This document shows, in pieces, positions 8,326 to 18,057 of a stretch of DNA of 64,000 bases. Within the stretch, counting starts at the first letter, position 1. Each line of letters starts with the position of its first letter. The position numbers and the translations under genes were made by a program. The notes under the pieces were generated by a model. That model saw nothing but the letters and a program-made list of their open reading frames with translations, had not been told where the DNA came from and searched no databases. The stretch lies in assembly GCA_028289445.1 (NCBI GenBank), contig JANQPO010000017.1, forward strand, positions 479,537 through 543,536, in the 5' to 3' direction. The DNA is from Tepidamorphaceae bacterium. GTDB taxonomy: Bacteria; Pseudomonadota; Alphaproteobacteria; Rhizobiales; JAKSCL01.

Positions 8326-9354
8326 ATGCATACGTTGTCAAAGGCATTAGGGGCGGTCGCGGCCGTCGGTCTGTTTGCTGGTGTGGGCCTGTCGGTCGCA
8401 CAAGCACAGAACACGCAGCTGCGCATCCAAACCCACTACGCGCCCGAAACCGTTTCGGGCAAGCTCGCCGCGCAATATGTCGAGGACATCACCAAAATGT
8501 CCAACGGTGAGATCCAGGTCGAGATGTTCTACTCGTCCTCCGTCGTCAAGTCGGTCGAGACGTTCGACGCTGCGGCGACCGGTATCCTCGATTGCGACAT
8601 GACGGGCGGCGGCTATCAGACGGGTAAGAACCCGGCGTTCCAGTTCGTCGGCGACATCATGGGCGGTTACGACACACCGTATCAGCAGCTCTCATGGCTC
8701 TATTATGGCGGTGGTCTTGAAGACGCCCAGGCGCTTTACAACAAGTACGACATGCAGCTTGTCGGCTGGTGGGTCTATGGCCAGGAGTCGCTCTCTTCAT
8801 CGAAGCCGATCGCCGGCCCGGACGATTTCAAGGATTGGAAATTCCGTTCGCCTCCGGGCATGGAAACCAAGATCTTCGAAAAGCTCGGCGCCAAGCCGAT
8901 CGTGATGGACTTCACCGAAATCTTCACCGCGCTTGAAACCGGCATCATCGACGGCGCCGATGCGTCGGGCCTGGCCAATAATGTCGGCCTCGGCCTCTAC
9001 GATCTGGTCAAGCACGCCAACTTCCCCGGCTTCCACTCCATGCCGTCGGATCACCTGGCGTGCAACAAGGCGAAGTGGGACGCAATGCCGGAGAACCATC
9101 GCACCATTATGTCGGTGGCGATGGAAGCGCTCGCGCTACGGACCGCGCTGACGTTCGAGAAGGCGAATGCCGAGGCTGCCGCCGAGTTGCGCGAAAAGGG
9201 CGTGACGCTGCACCAGTGGTCGGCTGCAGATCTGCAGACCTTCCGCGATGCCGCCCAGGCGACATGGCCTGAGTTCGCCACCACGCCGGAAGCCAAGGCG
9301 CTGGTGGAAAGCCACCTCAACTACCTCACGCAGCTGGGTCTCGTTTCCCAGTAA
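8326..9354 (+). CDS. TRAP transporter substrate-binding protein (DctP type)
   Basis: ORF 8308-9354 trimmed to the ATG at 8326, preceded by the gggagga RBS. Signal peptide MHTLSKALGAVAAVGLFAGVGLSVAQA. Followed by DctQ- and DctM-type genes. Confidence 0.85.
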   Translation: MHTLSKALGAVAAVGLFAGVGLSVAQAQNTQLRIQTHYAPETVSGKLAAQYVEDITKMSNGEIQVEMFYSSSVVKSVETFDAAATGILDCDMTGGGYQTGKNPAFQFVGDIMGGYDTPYQQLSWLYYGGGLEDAQALYNKYDMQLVGWWVYGQESLSSSKPIAGPDDFKDWKFRSPPGMETKIFEKLGAKPIVMDFTEIFTALETGIIDGADASGLANNVGLGLYDLVKHANFPGFHSMPSDHLACNKAKWDAMPENHRTIMSVAMEALALRTALTFEKANAEAAAELREKGVTLHQWSAADLQTFRDAAQATWPEFATTPEAKALVESHLNYLTQLGLVSQ

Positions 9355-9368
9355 GCTGTCGCGAAAAT

Positions 9369-9400
9369 GGGCGGGGTCGTGTGTCGACCTCGCCCTCTTT
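9369..9400 (+). terminator. Intercistronic stem-loop after the TRAP binding-protein gene (attenuator or mRNA stabiliser)
   Basis: gggcggggtcg (9369-9379) pairs with cgacctcgccc (9385-9395) with one G-U pair, followed by tcttt. Confidence 0.45.
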
Positions 9401-9421
9401 GGCGTGGGGAGCTAAGCCGCC

Positions 9422-9991
9422 ATGGTTGAACACGAGCGCACGGGTCCGGTCGACCTTGTCGTTTGGGGGTTCAGTAGGATCGCCATGATCCTACCGGCGG
9501 TCATCGTTTCGATCATGTTCTATGAAGTGGTGATGCGCTATGTCTTCGCGCGGCCGACGCTTTGGGTGAACGAGGCGTCGCTTTGGCTTGCCGGCATGGT
9601 CTACCTCTTTGCCGGGCTCTACGCCATGCAGCAGCGCAGCCATATTCGAATCTTCATTCTCTACGACATGGTTCCGCGCTGGCTGCGCCGCACGTTCGAT
9701 GTCTTGTCCGTGGCGTGTCTAAGTGGGTTCGCGATCGCCACGATCTGGGGCGGCTACGGCGAAGCCTATGCGAAACTGATGCGGTGGGAGAGGTTCGGCA
9801 CGGCCTGGGATCCACCGATCCCTGCGACCATGAAACCGCTGATCCTGCTGACGCTGGTGTTCGTGATGCTGCAGGCGATTTCCAATCTCGTTCACGATTG
9901 GAACCGGGATCCCGAGCACCACGATCCCGCCGACGAGGTCGACTTCGAAATCGAGGAAATCAAAGCGGCCCAGGCCGCGCCGAAAGAGTAG
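9422..9991 (+). CDS. TRAP transporter small permease (DctQ type)
   Basis: 189 aa with four hydrophobic segments, positioned between the DctP- and DctM-type genes. Acidic C-terminal tail. Confidence 0.8.
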   Translation: MVEHERTGPVDLVVWGFSRIAMILPAVIVSIMFYEVVMRYVFARPTLWVNEASLWLAGMVYLFAGLYAMQQRSHIRIFILYDMVPRWLRRTFDVLSVACLSGFAIATIWGGYGEAYAKLMRWERFGTAWDPPIPATMKPLILLTLVFVMLQAISNLVHDWNRDPEHHDPADEVDFEIEEIKAAQAAPKE

Positions 9992-10036
9992 CGCAGCGCC
10001 GGCAGGCGCGTCGGTCGCGGACGGGGGAGTGCGGCG

Positions 10037-11623
10037 ATGGACATCGGGACAATTTCGCTGGTCCTGCTGATCGGCATGCTGGCCTTGCTGGCGATCGGCA
10101 TGCCGCTGGGCTTTGCATCCGGCTTTTTGGCCGTCGTCGTCATGGTCATGAAGTTCGGTCCGGACCTTTTGTTCGGGAATTTCGGGACCGGGCCGCTCAA
10201 CATCCTGGCGCAGCGCATGTATGGGCTGACCACCGACTATGTGCTGATCTCCGTTCCGCTGTTCATTCTCATGGCGACACTGTTGGAGCGATCCGGGATC
10301 GCGCGCGACATGTATTCGTCGCTGTCCATGTGGCTCAACCGCACGCGCGGCGGCATCGCCATCGTCACGTCGCTCATGGCTGTCGTCATGGCCGCGATGT
10401 CGGGCATCATCGGCGGTGAAGTGGTGCTTTTGGGCCTGATCGCGCTGCCGCAAATGCTGCGGCTCGGCTACAACCAAAACCTCGCCATCGGCACGATCTG
10501 CGCCTCCGGTTCGCTGGGCACGATGATCCCACCGTCGATCGTGCTGATTTTCTATGGACTGATTACCGAGACATCGATCCACGCGCTGTTTAAAGGCGCC
10601 TTCGTGCCGGGCTTCATCCTGGCGTCCTGCTACATCGTCTACATACTTGTGCGCACGCGCATGAATCCGTCCCTGGCGCCGCTGCCGGAACCCGGCCCGG
10701 AAGACATGACGGGGCAGCAAAAGCTGATCTACGGCGCCTCGCTTCTGTCGATGATCGCCGTTGTCTACATGGCGATTACGATCGTGCGGACCGTGTTCTT
10801 GATCGGGTTCGACCGGGTCGACGAAGAAACGACGGTCCTCACGACCGCGCAGATGATGACGCGGGGCGGGATCATGGCGATCCTTCTCGCTTTCCTTCTC
10901 TTTTATGTCGGGAAGGAGCGGGTCAAAGGGGCCTGGGATGCCGGCAAGGGGCTGTTGGCACCGCTTCTGGTCGTCGGCGTTGTGCTCGGCTCGATCTATG
11001 GCGGCATCACCGGCATCACCGAGGCGGCCGGCATGGGTACGGTCGCGGTCCTTATCCTCATCATCCTGCGCGGCGAGTTTTCCCTCACTCTCGTGCGCGA
11101 GGCTTTGATGCGCACGTTCAAATCGACGGGCACGATCATCTGGGTGACGTTCGGCGCCACGGCATTGGCGGGCGCCTATACGATTGCCGGCGGCCCAACC
11201 TATGTCGCTAACTTGATCGTCGGCTATGAGCTTCCAACGCTCGGCGTCCTCATGGTCATGATGATCATCTTCTTGTTTTTGGGCGCCTTCATGGACTGGG
11301 TCGGCATCGTTCTTTTGGTCATGCCGGTCTTCTTGCCGATCGTCCTGAAGCTGCCGATCGAGGAGATTGGCGTCTTCGCGCCATTGGTCGAGAATCCGCG
11401 CTTCGTATCGGTCTGGTTCGGCATCCTCTTTTGCGTAAACATGCAGGTGTCGTTCTTGTCGCCGCCGTTTGGGCCGGCGGCGTTCTATCTCAAGTCCGTC
11501 GCGCCGCCGCACATCACGCTGCCCGATATCTTCCGGGGCTTCTTGCCCTTCATCTGCCTGCAAATCTTCGTGCTCATGCTCATCCTGTTCTTCCCGGAAC
11601 TGACCATGTTCTTTGCGGAGTAG
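10037..11623 (+). CDS. TRAP transporter large permease (DctM type)
   Basis: 528 aa polytopic membrane protein with typical DctM length and context. Confidence 0.85.
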   Translation: MDIGTISLVLLIGMLALLAIGMPLGFASGFLAVVVMVMKFGPDLLFGNFGTGPLNILAQRMYGLTTDYVLISVPLFILMATLLERSGIARDMYSSLSMWLNRTRGGIAIVTSLMAVVMAAMSGIIGGEVVLLGLIALPQMLRLGYNQNLAIGTICASGSLGTMIPPSIVLIFYGLITETSIHALFKGAFVPGFILASCYIVYILVRTRMNPSLAPLPEPGPEDMTGQQKLIYGASLLSMIAVVYMAITIVRTVFLIGFDRVDEETTVLTTAQMMTRGGIMAILLAFLLFYVGKERVKGAWDAGKGLLAPLLVVGVVLGSIYGGITGITEAAGMGTVAVLILIILRGEFSLTLVREALMRTFKSTGTIIWVTFGATALAGAYTIAGGPTYVANLIVGYELPTLGVLMVMMIIFLFLGAFMDWVGIVLLVMPVFLPIVLKLPIEEIGVFAPLVENPRFVSVWFGILFCVNMQVSFLSPPFGPAAFYLKSVAPPHITLPDIFRGFLPFICLQIFVLMLILFFPELTMFFAE

Positions 11624-11643
11624 CCTGAGGAACCCACCGCCCT

Positions 11644-12735
11644 ATGGCGACGATCGCGACTATCGAGACGGGATTCTTTCGCATTCCGCTGAAAGAAACC
11701 CTGGTCGATGCGCGCCACGGCGTGCATCGCGACTTTGAATTGATCACCGTTGCCGTTACGGACGAAGACGGCGCGACGGGCGTCGGCTACACCTATACCG
11801 GCGGGCGCAATGGCGGTGCGATCTTCGATGTGGCGTCTCGCGAGATCGTCGAACTCGCCGCCGGCCAGGACGCCGACCGGATCGAAAAACTGTGGGACAC
11901 GATCTGGTGGGCGACCCATTACGGCGGGCGGGGCGGCGCGACGATCTTCGCGCTGTCCGCCTTCGACATGGCGTTGTGGGACCTGAAGGCACGCCGAGCC
12001 GGTCTGCCGCTTTGGACGATGCTTGGCGGCTACGACCCTGCGGTCGACTGTTATGCTGGTGGTATCGATCTGCATCTTTCGCCGGACGATCTGATTGCCC
12101 AGTCAGAGAAGAACGTCGCGCGCGGTTTTCGCGCCATCAAGATGAAGGTGGGACGCGACCGGCTGTCGGAAGACGTGGACAAGCTCGCTGCCATGCGCGG
12201 CCATTTCGGCGACGATTTTCCGCTTATGGTCGATGCCAACATGAAGTGGACCGTCGATGAGGCGATCCGCGCCGCGCGTGCCTTTGCGCCCTATGACCCC
12301 GTCTGGCTGGAGGAGCCGATCATCCCCGACGATCTGGAGGGGTTTGCGCGTGTCGTGCGCGACGGCGGATTGCCGATCGCGACCGGTGAGAATATGCGCA
12401 CGATCTGGGAGTTCCGCCAAGCGATCACCATCGGCAAGATCGGCTTTCCCGAGCCGGACGTCACCAATTGCGGCGGCGTCACGCCGTTCATGAAGATTGC
12501 GCACCTGGCCGAGGCCTTCAATCTGCCGGTCACCACCCATGGCGCGCACGATGTGACCGTCCACTTGCTCGCCGCCGTGCCGAACGCTTCGTACTTGGAG
12601 GCGCACGGCTTCGGTCTCGACGATTATATCGAAAGCCCGATGGAGATCGTTGACGGGAAGGCGATCGCACCGAGCAGGCCTGGCCACGGCGTGGTCTTCG
12701 ATTGGGCGGCGCTGGACCGGGTGCGTGCCGGATAA
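11644..12735 (+). CDS. Enolase-superfamily enzyme, mandelate racemase/muconate lactonizing subgroup
   Basis: 363 aa. KxK motif (IKMKVG), metal ligands in MVDANMKW, WLEEP and ATGEN, and a late His (THGAHD). Confidence 0.8.
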   Translation: MATIATIETGFFRIPLKETLVDARHGVHRDFELITVAVTDEDGATGVGYTYTGGRNGGAIFDVASREIVELAAGQDADRIEKLWDTIWWATHYGGRGGATIFALSAFDMALWDLKARRAGLPLWTMLGGYDPAVDCYAGGIDLHLSPDDLIAQSEKNVARGFRAIKMKVGRDRLSEDVDKLAAMRGHFGDDFPLMVDANMKWTVDEAIRAARAFAPYDPVWLEEPIIPDDLEGFARVVRDGGLPIATGENMRTIWEFRQAITIGKIGFPEPDVTNCGGVTPFMKIAHLAEAFNLPVTTHGAHDVTVHLLAAVPNASYLEAHGFGLDDYIESPMEIVDGKAIAPSRPGHGVVFDWAALDRVRAG

Positions 12736-12759
12736 CGAGAGCAACAAGGGAGCGGAACC

Positions 12760-13653
12760 ATGGCCCATCGTGAAGTCCTCACCGACGCTCAAGTCGCGCA
12801 TTACCGCGACACAGGCTATCTGGTCCTGGAAGACCGCATCCCTTCGGAGATCATCGCCGCCATCCGCGCGGAGATCGCCCGCTTCGAGGACGAAGCGCGC
12901 GGCATGACGGAGTCGAACGATCGGCTCGATCTTGAAGACACCCATACGCCCGAAAGCCCGCGCGTGCGGCGCATCAAGCTCCCCCACACCACCAGCGATG
13001 TGATGCGCGATCTGTTGACATCGGATCATATCCTGGCACCGGTGCGCGATCTGATCGGCCCGAACCTGCGGCTGCACACGACAAAACTGAACATGAAATC
13101 GGCCGGCTACGGCGCGGCGATCGAGTGGCATCAGGACTTCGCGTTCTATCCCCATAGCAATGACGATGTGCTCGCCGTCGGCGTTATCATCGACGACATG
13201 GGCGAGGAGAACGGCCCGCTGATGGTTTTTCCGGGCTCCCACAAGGGTCCGATCCACGATCATCATCTTGACGGGGTCTTCGTCGGCGCGATGGACCTGA
13301 AGGCCTGCGGTTACGACCTAGCCGATGCCGTTGCGCTTTCAGGGCCGGCCGGATCGATCTCCATTCACCATGGCCGCATCGTGCACGGTTCGGCGCTCAA
13401 CACCTCGGACCGTGACAGGCGGTTGCTGTTCTATGAGATGATGGCGGCGGACGCCTTTCCAATCATGGGGAGCATGACCACGTTTGCTTCTATCGAAGAG
13501 TACAACGCTAAGATGCTGTGCGGCGCGCCGACCCTTCAGCCGCGCCTGACGGACGTGCCCGTGCGCATTCCGCAACCCCAGCCGGAACTCAATCGCTCGA
13601 TCTACGAAGTTCAGTCTCGTTTGCGGGCGCGTTCGTTTGAAAAAATCGCCTGA
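12760..13653 (+). CDS. Phytanoyl-CoA dioxygenase (PhyH) family Fe(II)/2-oxoglutarate oxygenase
   Basis: 297 aa. N-terminal YRDTGYLVLED, facial-triad region IEWHQDFAFYP, and a later His in SISIHHGRIVHGS. RBS aagggag. Confidence 0.75.
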   Translation: MAHREVLTDAQVAHYRDTGYLVLEDRIPSEIIAAIRAEIARFEDEARGMTESNDRLDLEDTHTPESPRVRRIKLPHTTSDVMRDLLTSDHILAPVRDLIGPNLRLHTTKLNMKSAGYGAAIEWHQDFAFYPHSNDDVLAVGVIIDDMGEENGPLMVFPGSHKGPIHDHHLDGVFVGAMDLKACGYDLADAVALSGPAGSISIHHGRIVHGSALNTSDRDRRLLFYEMMAADAFPIMGSMTTFASIEEYNAKMLCGAPTLQPRLTDVPVRIPQPQPELNRSIYEVQSRLRARSFEKIA

Positions 13654-13695
13654 TATGGGGGCGTCACGCCATCATGTGTCGACCGGCGGTGCGGG

Positions 13696-14595
13696 ATGAC
13701 CGCCCCGGTCGCCGTCGCCTCGTCCGATCGGACTCCTTTTGCCATCGGCTTGGTTTTGATCGCGTTTTTCTCCTTTTCGTTCGTCGATACGGGCGTCAAA
13801 TGGCTGGCGATTGCCGGGATGCCGGCCCTGCAATTGGCGTTCATGCGCTATGTTGGCCACTTCGCCATTTCGGCCGTGTTGATTGCGTCGGGCGGGCTGG
13901 ATTGGCGCCGCTTTGCGACCGACCGTTGGGGCGTGGTGGTCGTGCGCGGTCTCTTGCTTCTCGGCTCGACAGTGTTCAATTTTTTCGCCGTCGGCTATCT
14001 CCCGTTGACCCTGACGGCGACGATCCTGTTCTCGGCGCCGATCATCGTCTGCGCCTTGTCCGGCCCGATGCTGGGCGAACGCGTCGGCATCTGGCGCTGG
14101 TCGGCGATCATTGTTGGCTTTGTTGGGATTTTGGTTGCCATCAGGCCGTTCGGCGAGGCGTTCCATCCGGCCGCGTTCTTGTCACTTGCCGCCGCGACGT
14201 GTTTCGCCGTCTACGTCATCCTGACGCGCAAGGTTGCGAGCGAGATCCCCACGGACACCATGCAGTTTTACTCCGGACTGGTGGGAACGGTGGCGATGCT
14301 GCCGTTTGCAATCCTGGAATGGCAGACGCCGGCCACTGGCATCGATTGGACGATCTTGGTCATGCTCGGCTTTTTCGCTTGGGCGGGCCATCAATTGTTG
14401 ATCCGGGCCAATGCCTATGCGCCGCCGAGCGCCGTCATGCCGTTCAGCTATTCGTTCATTGTCTATCTGACGATCTGGAGCGCCTTGGTGTTCGGTCAGT
14501 TGCCGAACGGCCAGACGATCGTGGGCGCGGCAATCATCGTTGCCGCCGGCCTGTTCATCTGGTTTCGCGAACGCAGGCTTCAGCTTAGCGCTTGA
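13696..14595 (+). CDS. DMT superfamily (EamA/RhaT) transporter
   Basis: 299 aa with about 10 hydrophobic segments and a two-EamA-repeat architecture. Confidence 0.75.
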   Translation: MTAPVAVASSDRTPFAIGLVLIAFFSFSFVDTGVKWLAIAGMPALQLAFMRYVGHFAISAVLIASGGLDWRRFATDRWGVVVVRGLLLLGSTVFNFFAVGYLPLTLTATILFSAPIIVCALSGPMLGERVGIWRWSAIIVGFVGILVAIRPFGEAFHPAAFLSLAAATCFAVYVILTRKVASEIPTDTMQFYSGLVGTVAMLPFAILEWQTPATGIDWTILVMLGFFAWAGHQLLIRANAYAPPSAVMPFSYSFIVYLTIWSALVFGQLPNGQTIVGAAIIVAAGLFIWFRERRLQLSA

Positions 14596-15091
14596 GCGTG
14601 ATCTCGCTGAGGTCCGCCGACTCGCCGGTGTCGTCGACCGTGCCCGAGCTGGCAATCGTGAACTCATCGGGCGAAAGGTGCCATGTCATGGTGGCGGAGA
14701 CATCCTGCTGGGTCTCCGGGTCCTTGCCGCGGACTTGAAACGTAATGATGTCGCCATTGCGCAAGCCCCGGATGTCCCTCGCACCGGCTCCGAACGGGTT
14801 GGACCAAACGCCGGCATAGGCCTTGCCGCCCTCCAGTTCGTCGATATAGCCCTCGACCTTGACCGCCTTTCCCGGAGACGCGCATTTGCCGTTCAGCGCA
14901 AGGCGCCGATTGTTGCGCTGGTAGTTCGCGGTGATGCGGCAGCGAATGGCTTCCGGTGCGCCGGAGACGGAGCGTTTCACCCAGCCCGATCCCGTCCAGG
15001 GTCCGTCGATGGGCGCCAGTATCGTCTCAGCGGTTGCCGGCCCTGTCGCGACGCAGACCAGAGCGACGACAATCGAGGCAAGCCGGATCAT
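14585..15091 (-). CDS. Secreted hypothetical protein (last gene of the KAS III/RND operon)
   Basis: ORF 14585-15103. I prefer the ATG at 15091, which forms an ATGA overlap with the RND stop (15088-15090). Signal peptide MIRLASIVVALVCVATGPATA. Two Cys in the mature part. I recognise no family. Confidence 0.6.
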   Translation of the reverse strand: MIRLASIVVALVCVATGPATAETILAPIDGPWTGSGWVKRSVSGAPEAIRCRITANYQRNNRRLALNGKCASPGKAVKVEGYIDELEGGKAYAGVWSNPFGAGARDIRGLRNGDIITFQVRGKDPETQQDVSATMTWHLSPDEFTIASSGTVDDTGESADLSEITLKR

Positions 15092-17304
15092 CGCCGTGCC
15101 CATCGTTGGCGCAAGAGCGCAGGCAGAAGAAGAAGATCGGCCAAGAGGGCCGTCACGAAGGTTAGTATCAAGAGCATTCCGAACAATCTCACCACCTCAA
15201 AAGCGCTTGCGAAGACAACCAACAATCCCGCCGAAATGATGACGGTCGTTGCGATCATCACCCGGCCGGTTTGGTTGATCGCCAGGTCAAGCGCGGCGTC
15301 GACATCGAGGCCGCGCTCGCGTTCCAGGCGATAACGATTGGTGAAATGGATCGAATCGTCAATGGCAATCCCGAAGGCGATGGTGAGTGCGATGACGGCC
15401 GTTGGATTGGCCTGACCGTTGTTGAGGATGTGGAGCGCCGATGCGGTGACCAACAGCGGCAGCAGATTGGGGGCGACCAGGACCAGCGCCAGGGTCGGCC
15501 AGCGAAACGCCGCTGCAACCACCGCTATGGCAAGGAGGCACGCGGCGATCAGTCCGATGCCGAGCTGACCGACGATGGCGATCGGTTCGTGGCGCAAGAT
15601 CACGGGCAAGCCGGTGATCCGTTCCGCGCCGGCGGACAGGGCGGCGGCTTCGATCCGATCGTGAACGGCGCGGGTCTCGTGGCTGCGCATCGGCTCTGGC
15701 GCGAAGGTCACCACGCGCGCCATCGTACCCTGCGGCGAGGTGAGTTGATGCCGCAGATCTTCGGGAACGTCGATCATCTCCTCCGCCGTCGGTATGCGCT
15801 CCGGCGTTCCAAGCCATCGGGCGACCGAAGCGAGAGAGATGACCGAATAGTCGGGCGCCGCATCCTCGATCGCGGCGGTCAGTCGAGTCAGTCGTGCCCA
15901 TCCGTCAGGTGTTTCAAGTGCCGCATCGCCTGTGGCTTCGATCTCGCTCCAGATTCGCAAGAACCCACCGAACTCGGCCTCGATGGTCTCATTGGCATGC
16001 CGCATATCGCTGTCGAGCGGCAGGTATTGGTGCAGCGGGAACCAGGGTTCGATCCGCCAGAATCCAATCGCGCTTGCAACAGCAATCACAAGCGCGATCG
16101 CGATCACGCACCGATCCTTGGTCATCACCGCGCGCGCAACAGCGCCCGGGACGCGCAAAAGGTCGGTCGACCATTTTGGTTGCGATGAGGCTCGGGCGCA
16201 TAGCGGCGCCATCAGCGCGAAGGTCGTGACGACCACCACATAGGACACGACAACGCCGAGACTGCCGACGACGGCCATTTCGAACAATTGGTCGTTGTCG
16301 GTGAGCGCGATCGCGATGAAGGCAATGGCCGTTGTGATCGCCGTCAGCCCGCAGGCGGGCGCGATGTCGCGCACCGAGCGGTCGATCCGGTCGCGCACCG
16401 GCAACGACGGGTCCGATCTAACCAGATGCATCGTCAAATGGATGCTGTCGGCGAGGCCCAGCACGAGGATCAGCAGCGGCACGACATTGCTGATCACCGT
16501 GATCGGATAGTCGAACAAGACGAAGATCGAGACGCTGACAAGGGCGCCCAGCAGGGCTGGGATCATGGCGACGAGTGCCGCCGATAGCTGCCCGAAAACG
16601 AGGAAGGCCAGCAGGAATGCGATGGCACTACCGGCCGCATTCAACACGACGATGTCGTCCTGGATGCCGTCGACGATCTCCGTGGTGATCGCGTTCTCGC
16701 CGGTGACCGTGAAGCGCAGGCCGGGGCCGGCGAAGTCCTGGGTGAGCTGTCGAAACGCCGCCAAAACGGCGCGGATGTCGACAGCATCGTTCTTGGTATC
16801 GATGGCTGCGGCCATGATCAGTATTCGACTGTCGGCCGCGATCAGCGGCTTGAGCGAAGGGTCGGTCGCGCGGTAGGCCGCTAGGCGGGCGGTTGCTTCA
16901 TCGATGTCGATGACCGCTGGAAAGACCGGCTCGCCTGGAAAGTCGGGATGGGTCTTCGCGAAGCGCGCCGAAAAGGGCGAGACGACCGATGTCACATGGT
17001 CGGCCAGCTCCAGTTCGAGCGCCAGATCGCGCAGGCGCGTCAGATCGTTGGCGGAGAACGGGTCATCGGCTTCCGCCAAGACGACGATGTCGGTGATGCG
17101 GGTCCCCAAGGTTTCCAGGAAGTCCGCATAATCCTGCGACTGCTGGCTTTGCGACGAGAAGGCCCGCAGCATGTCGTCATCGAAGCGGGCGGACGGCACG
17201 GCCAAGAGTGCCGCCAGAACGACACCGGCAAGGATCACCGTTGCCCAAACCGGCCGCCGCAGCGCGAAGAGGCCGGGCGCGGCAAGGCCGATGGCACTAA
17301 TCAT
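15088..17304 (-). CDS. RND-superfamily exporter of the MMPL/HpnN type
   Basis: 738 aa. Two repeats, each a large periplasmic loop plus a 5-6-helix bundle (e.g. VVPLLILVLGLADSIHLTMH and TIAFGIAIDDSIHFTNRY). Confidence 0.8.
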   Translation of the reverse strand: MISAIGLAAPGLFALRRPVWATVILAGVVLAALLAVPSARFDDDMLRAFSSQSQQSQDYADFLETLGTRITDIVVLAEADDPFSANDLTRLRDLALELELADHVTSVVSPFSARFAKTHPDFPGEPVFPAVIDIDEATARLAAYRATDPSLKPLIAADSRILIMAAAIDTKNDAVDIRAVLAAFRQLTQDFAGPGLRFTVTGENAITTEIVDGIQDDIVVLNAAGSAIAFLLAFLVFGQLSAALVAMIPALLGALVSVSIFVLFDYPITVISNVVPLLILVLGLADSIHLTMHLVRSDPSLPVRDRIDRSVRDIAPACGLTAITTAIAFIAIALTDNDQLFEMAVVGSLGVVVSYVVVVTTFALMAPLCARASSQPKWSTDLLRVPGAVARAVMTKDRCVIAIALVIAVASAIGFWRIEPWFPLHQYLPLDSDMRHANETIEAEFGGFLRIWSEIEATGDAALETPDGWARLTRLTAAIEDAAPDYSVISLASVARWLGTPERIPTAEEMIDVPEDLRHQLTSPQGTMARVVTFAPEPMRSHETRAVHDRIEAAALSAGAERITGLPVILRHEPIAIVGQLGIGLIAACLLAIAVVAAAFRWPTLALVLVAPNLLPLLVTASALHILNNGQANPTAVIALTIAFGIAIDDSIHFTNRYRLERERGLDVDAALDLAINQTGRVMIATTVIISAGLLVVFASAFEVVRLFGMLLILTFVTALLADLLLLPALLRQRWARR

Positions 17305-17322
17305 CGGCGGTCCACAGCCAGC

Positions 17323-18045
17323 TCACCTGTAAAAGTACCGAAAGCCGACGGAGACGGCATTGTCGAAGCCGGCCTGCATTTCCGACCGGAAGCTGGCCGC
17401 CGCATTTCGGTCGTTGAACTCGGCTTCAGATCGGAAAATCCCGGAATAGCGCAGGCTGAGATCGACTTTCTCCGTCATCGTGATATTGACGCCGGCCATC
17501 AGACACAGGACGCCGAACGTGTCGGAATCCGAGATCAAGAAGCGGCCGCCCTTCTTGCCCACACCATCCTGCTTCATATGGGCGAAACCGCCGCCGAGAC
17601 CGACGAACGGCACGATGGTTTCGGAGACTTCCGGGAAATCATAAAAGGCGGCGGCCGTGGCGGCGAACATGTGGATTTGGCCAGTGCCGTCGCGCTTTCG
17701 GCCCGCATCCGGATTGCCCGCGAAACCGTTCTTGAACCGCATGGTGAAGTTCGTGAACTGACCGTAGGCCACGGACGTTTCAAGATGGATGCGGCGGGTC
17801 GGATAATAGCCATGGACCAGCGCTAGGACGCCGCCCAGTTTAGAGCGCATATCGATATCGCCGGTGAACCGCGCGCCGATGGAATTGGTCATGCGAACAT
17901 CGACGGGTGCCGGCAGATTTGTGCCCAGATGCATCTCGACATAGGCCCGCCGACCGGGCTCGGGCGCCTCGAACAACCATCGGTCTGCGGCTGCCTCCGA
18001 CACCAGGCCAAACGCACAGATCAACCCTATCGCCATGCGCTTCAT
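17323..18045 (-). CDS. Outer-membrane beta-barrel protein (OmpA-like/OmpW-like small barrel)
   Basis: 240 aa. Signal peptide MKRMAIGLICAFGLVSEAAA. Alternating amphipathic strands. Aromatic C-terminus ...VGFRYFYR. Confidence 0.65.
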   Translation of the reverse strand: MKRMAIGLICAFGLVSEAAADRWLFEAPEPGRRAYVEMHLGTNLPAPVDVRMTNSIGARFTGDIDMRSKLGGVLALVHGYYPTRRIHLETSVAYGQFTNFTMRFKNGFAGNPDAGRKRDGTGQIHMFAATAAAFYDFPEVSETIVPFVGLGGGFAHMKQDGVGKKGGRFLISDSDTFGVLCLMAGVNITMTEKVDLSLRYSGIFRSEAEFNDRNAAASFRSEMQAGFDNAVSVGFRYFYR

Positions 18046-18057
18046 GCCGCTGCCCCC

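Noticed and set aside
9719-11563. 614-aa ORF on the minus strand
   Set aside because: It is fully antisense to the DctQ and DctM genes. The translation is dominated by Arg, His, Asp, Gln and Pro runs (e.g. RRRDGLEIERRRPKRRRQERH) with no recognisable domain. This is a typical high-GC shadow ORF.
12103-13266. 387-aa minus-strand ORF
   Set aside because: It is antisense to the enolase-superfamily and PhyH genes, both supported by motifs. Shadow ORF.
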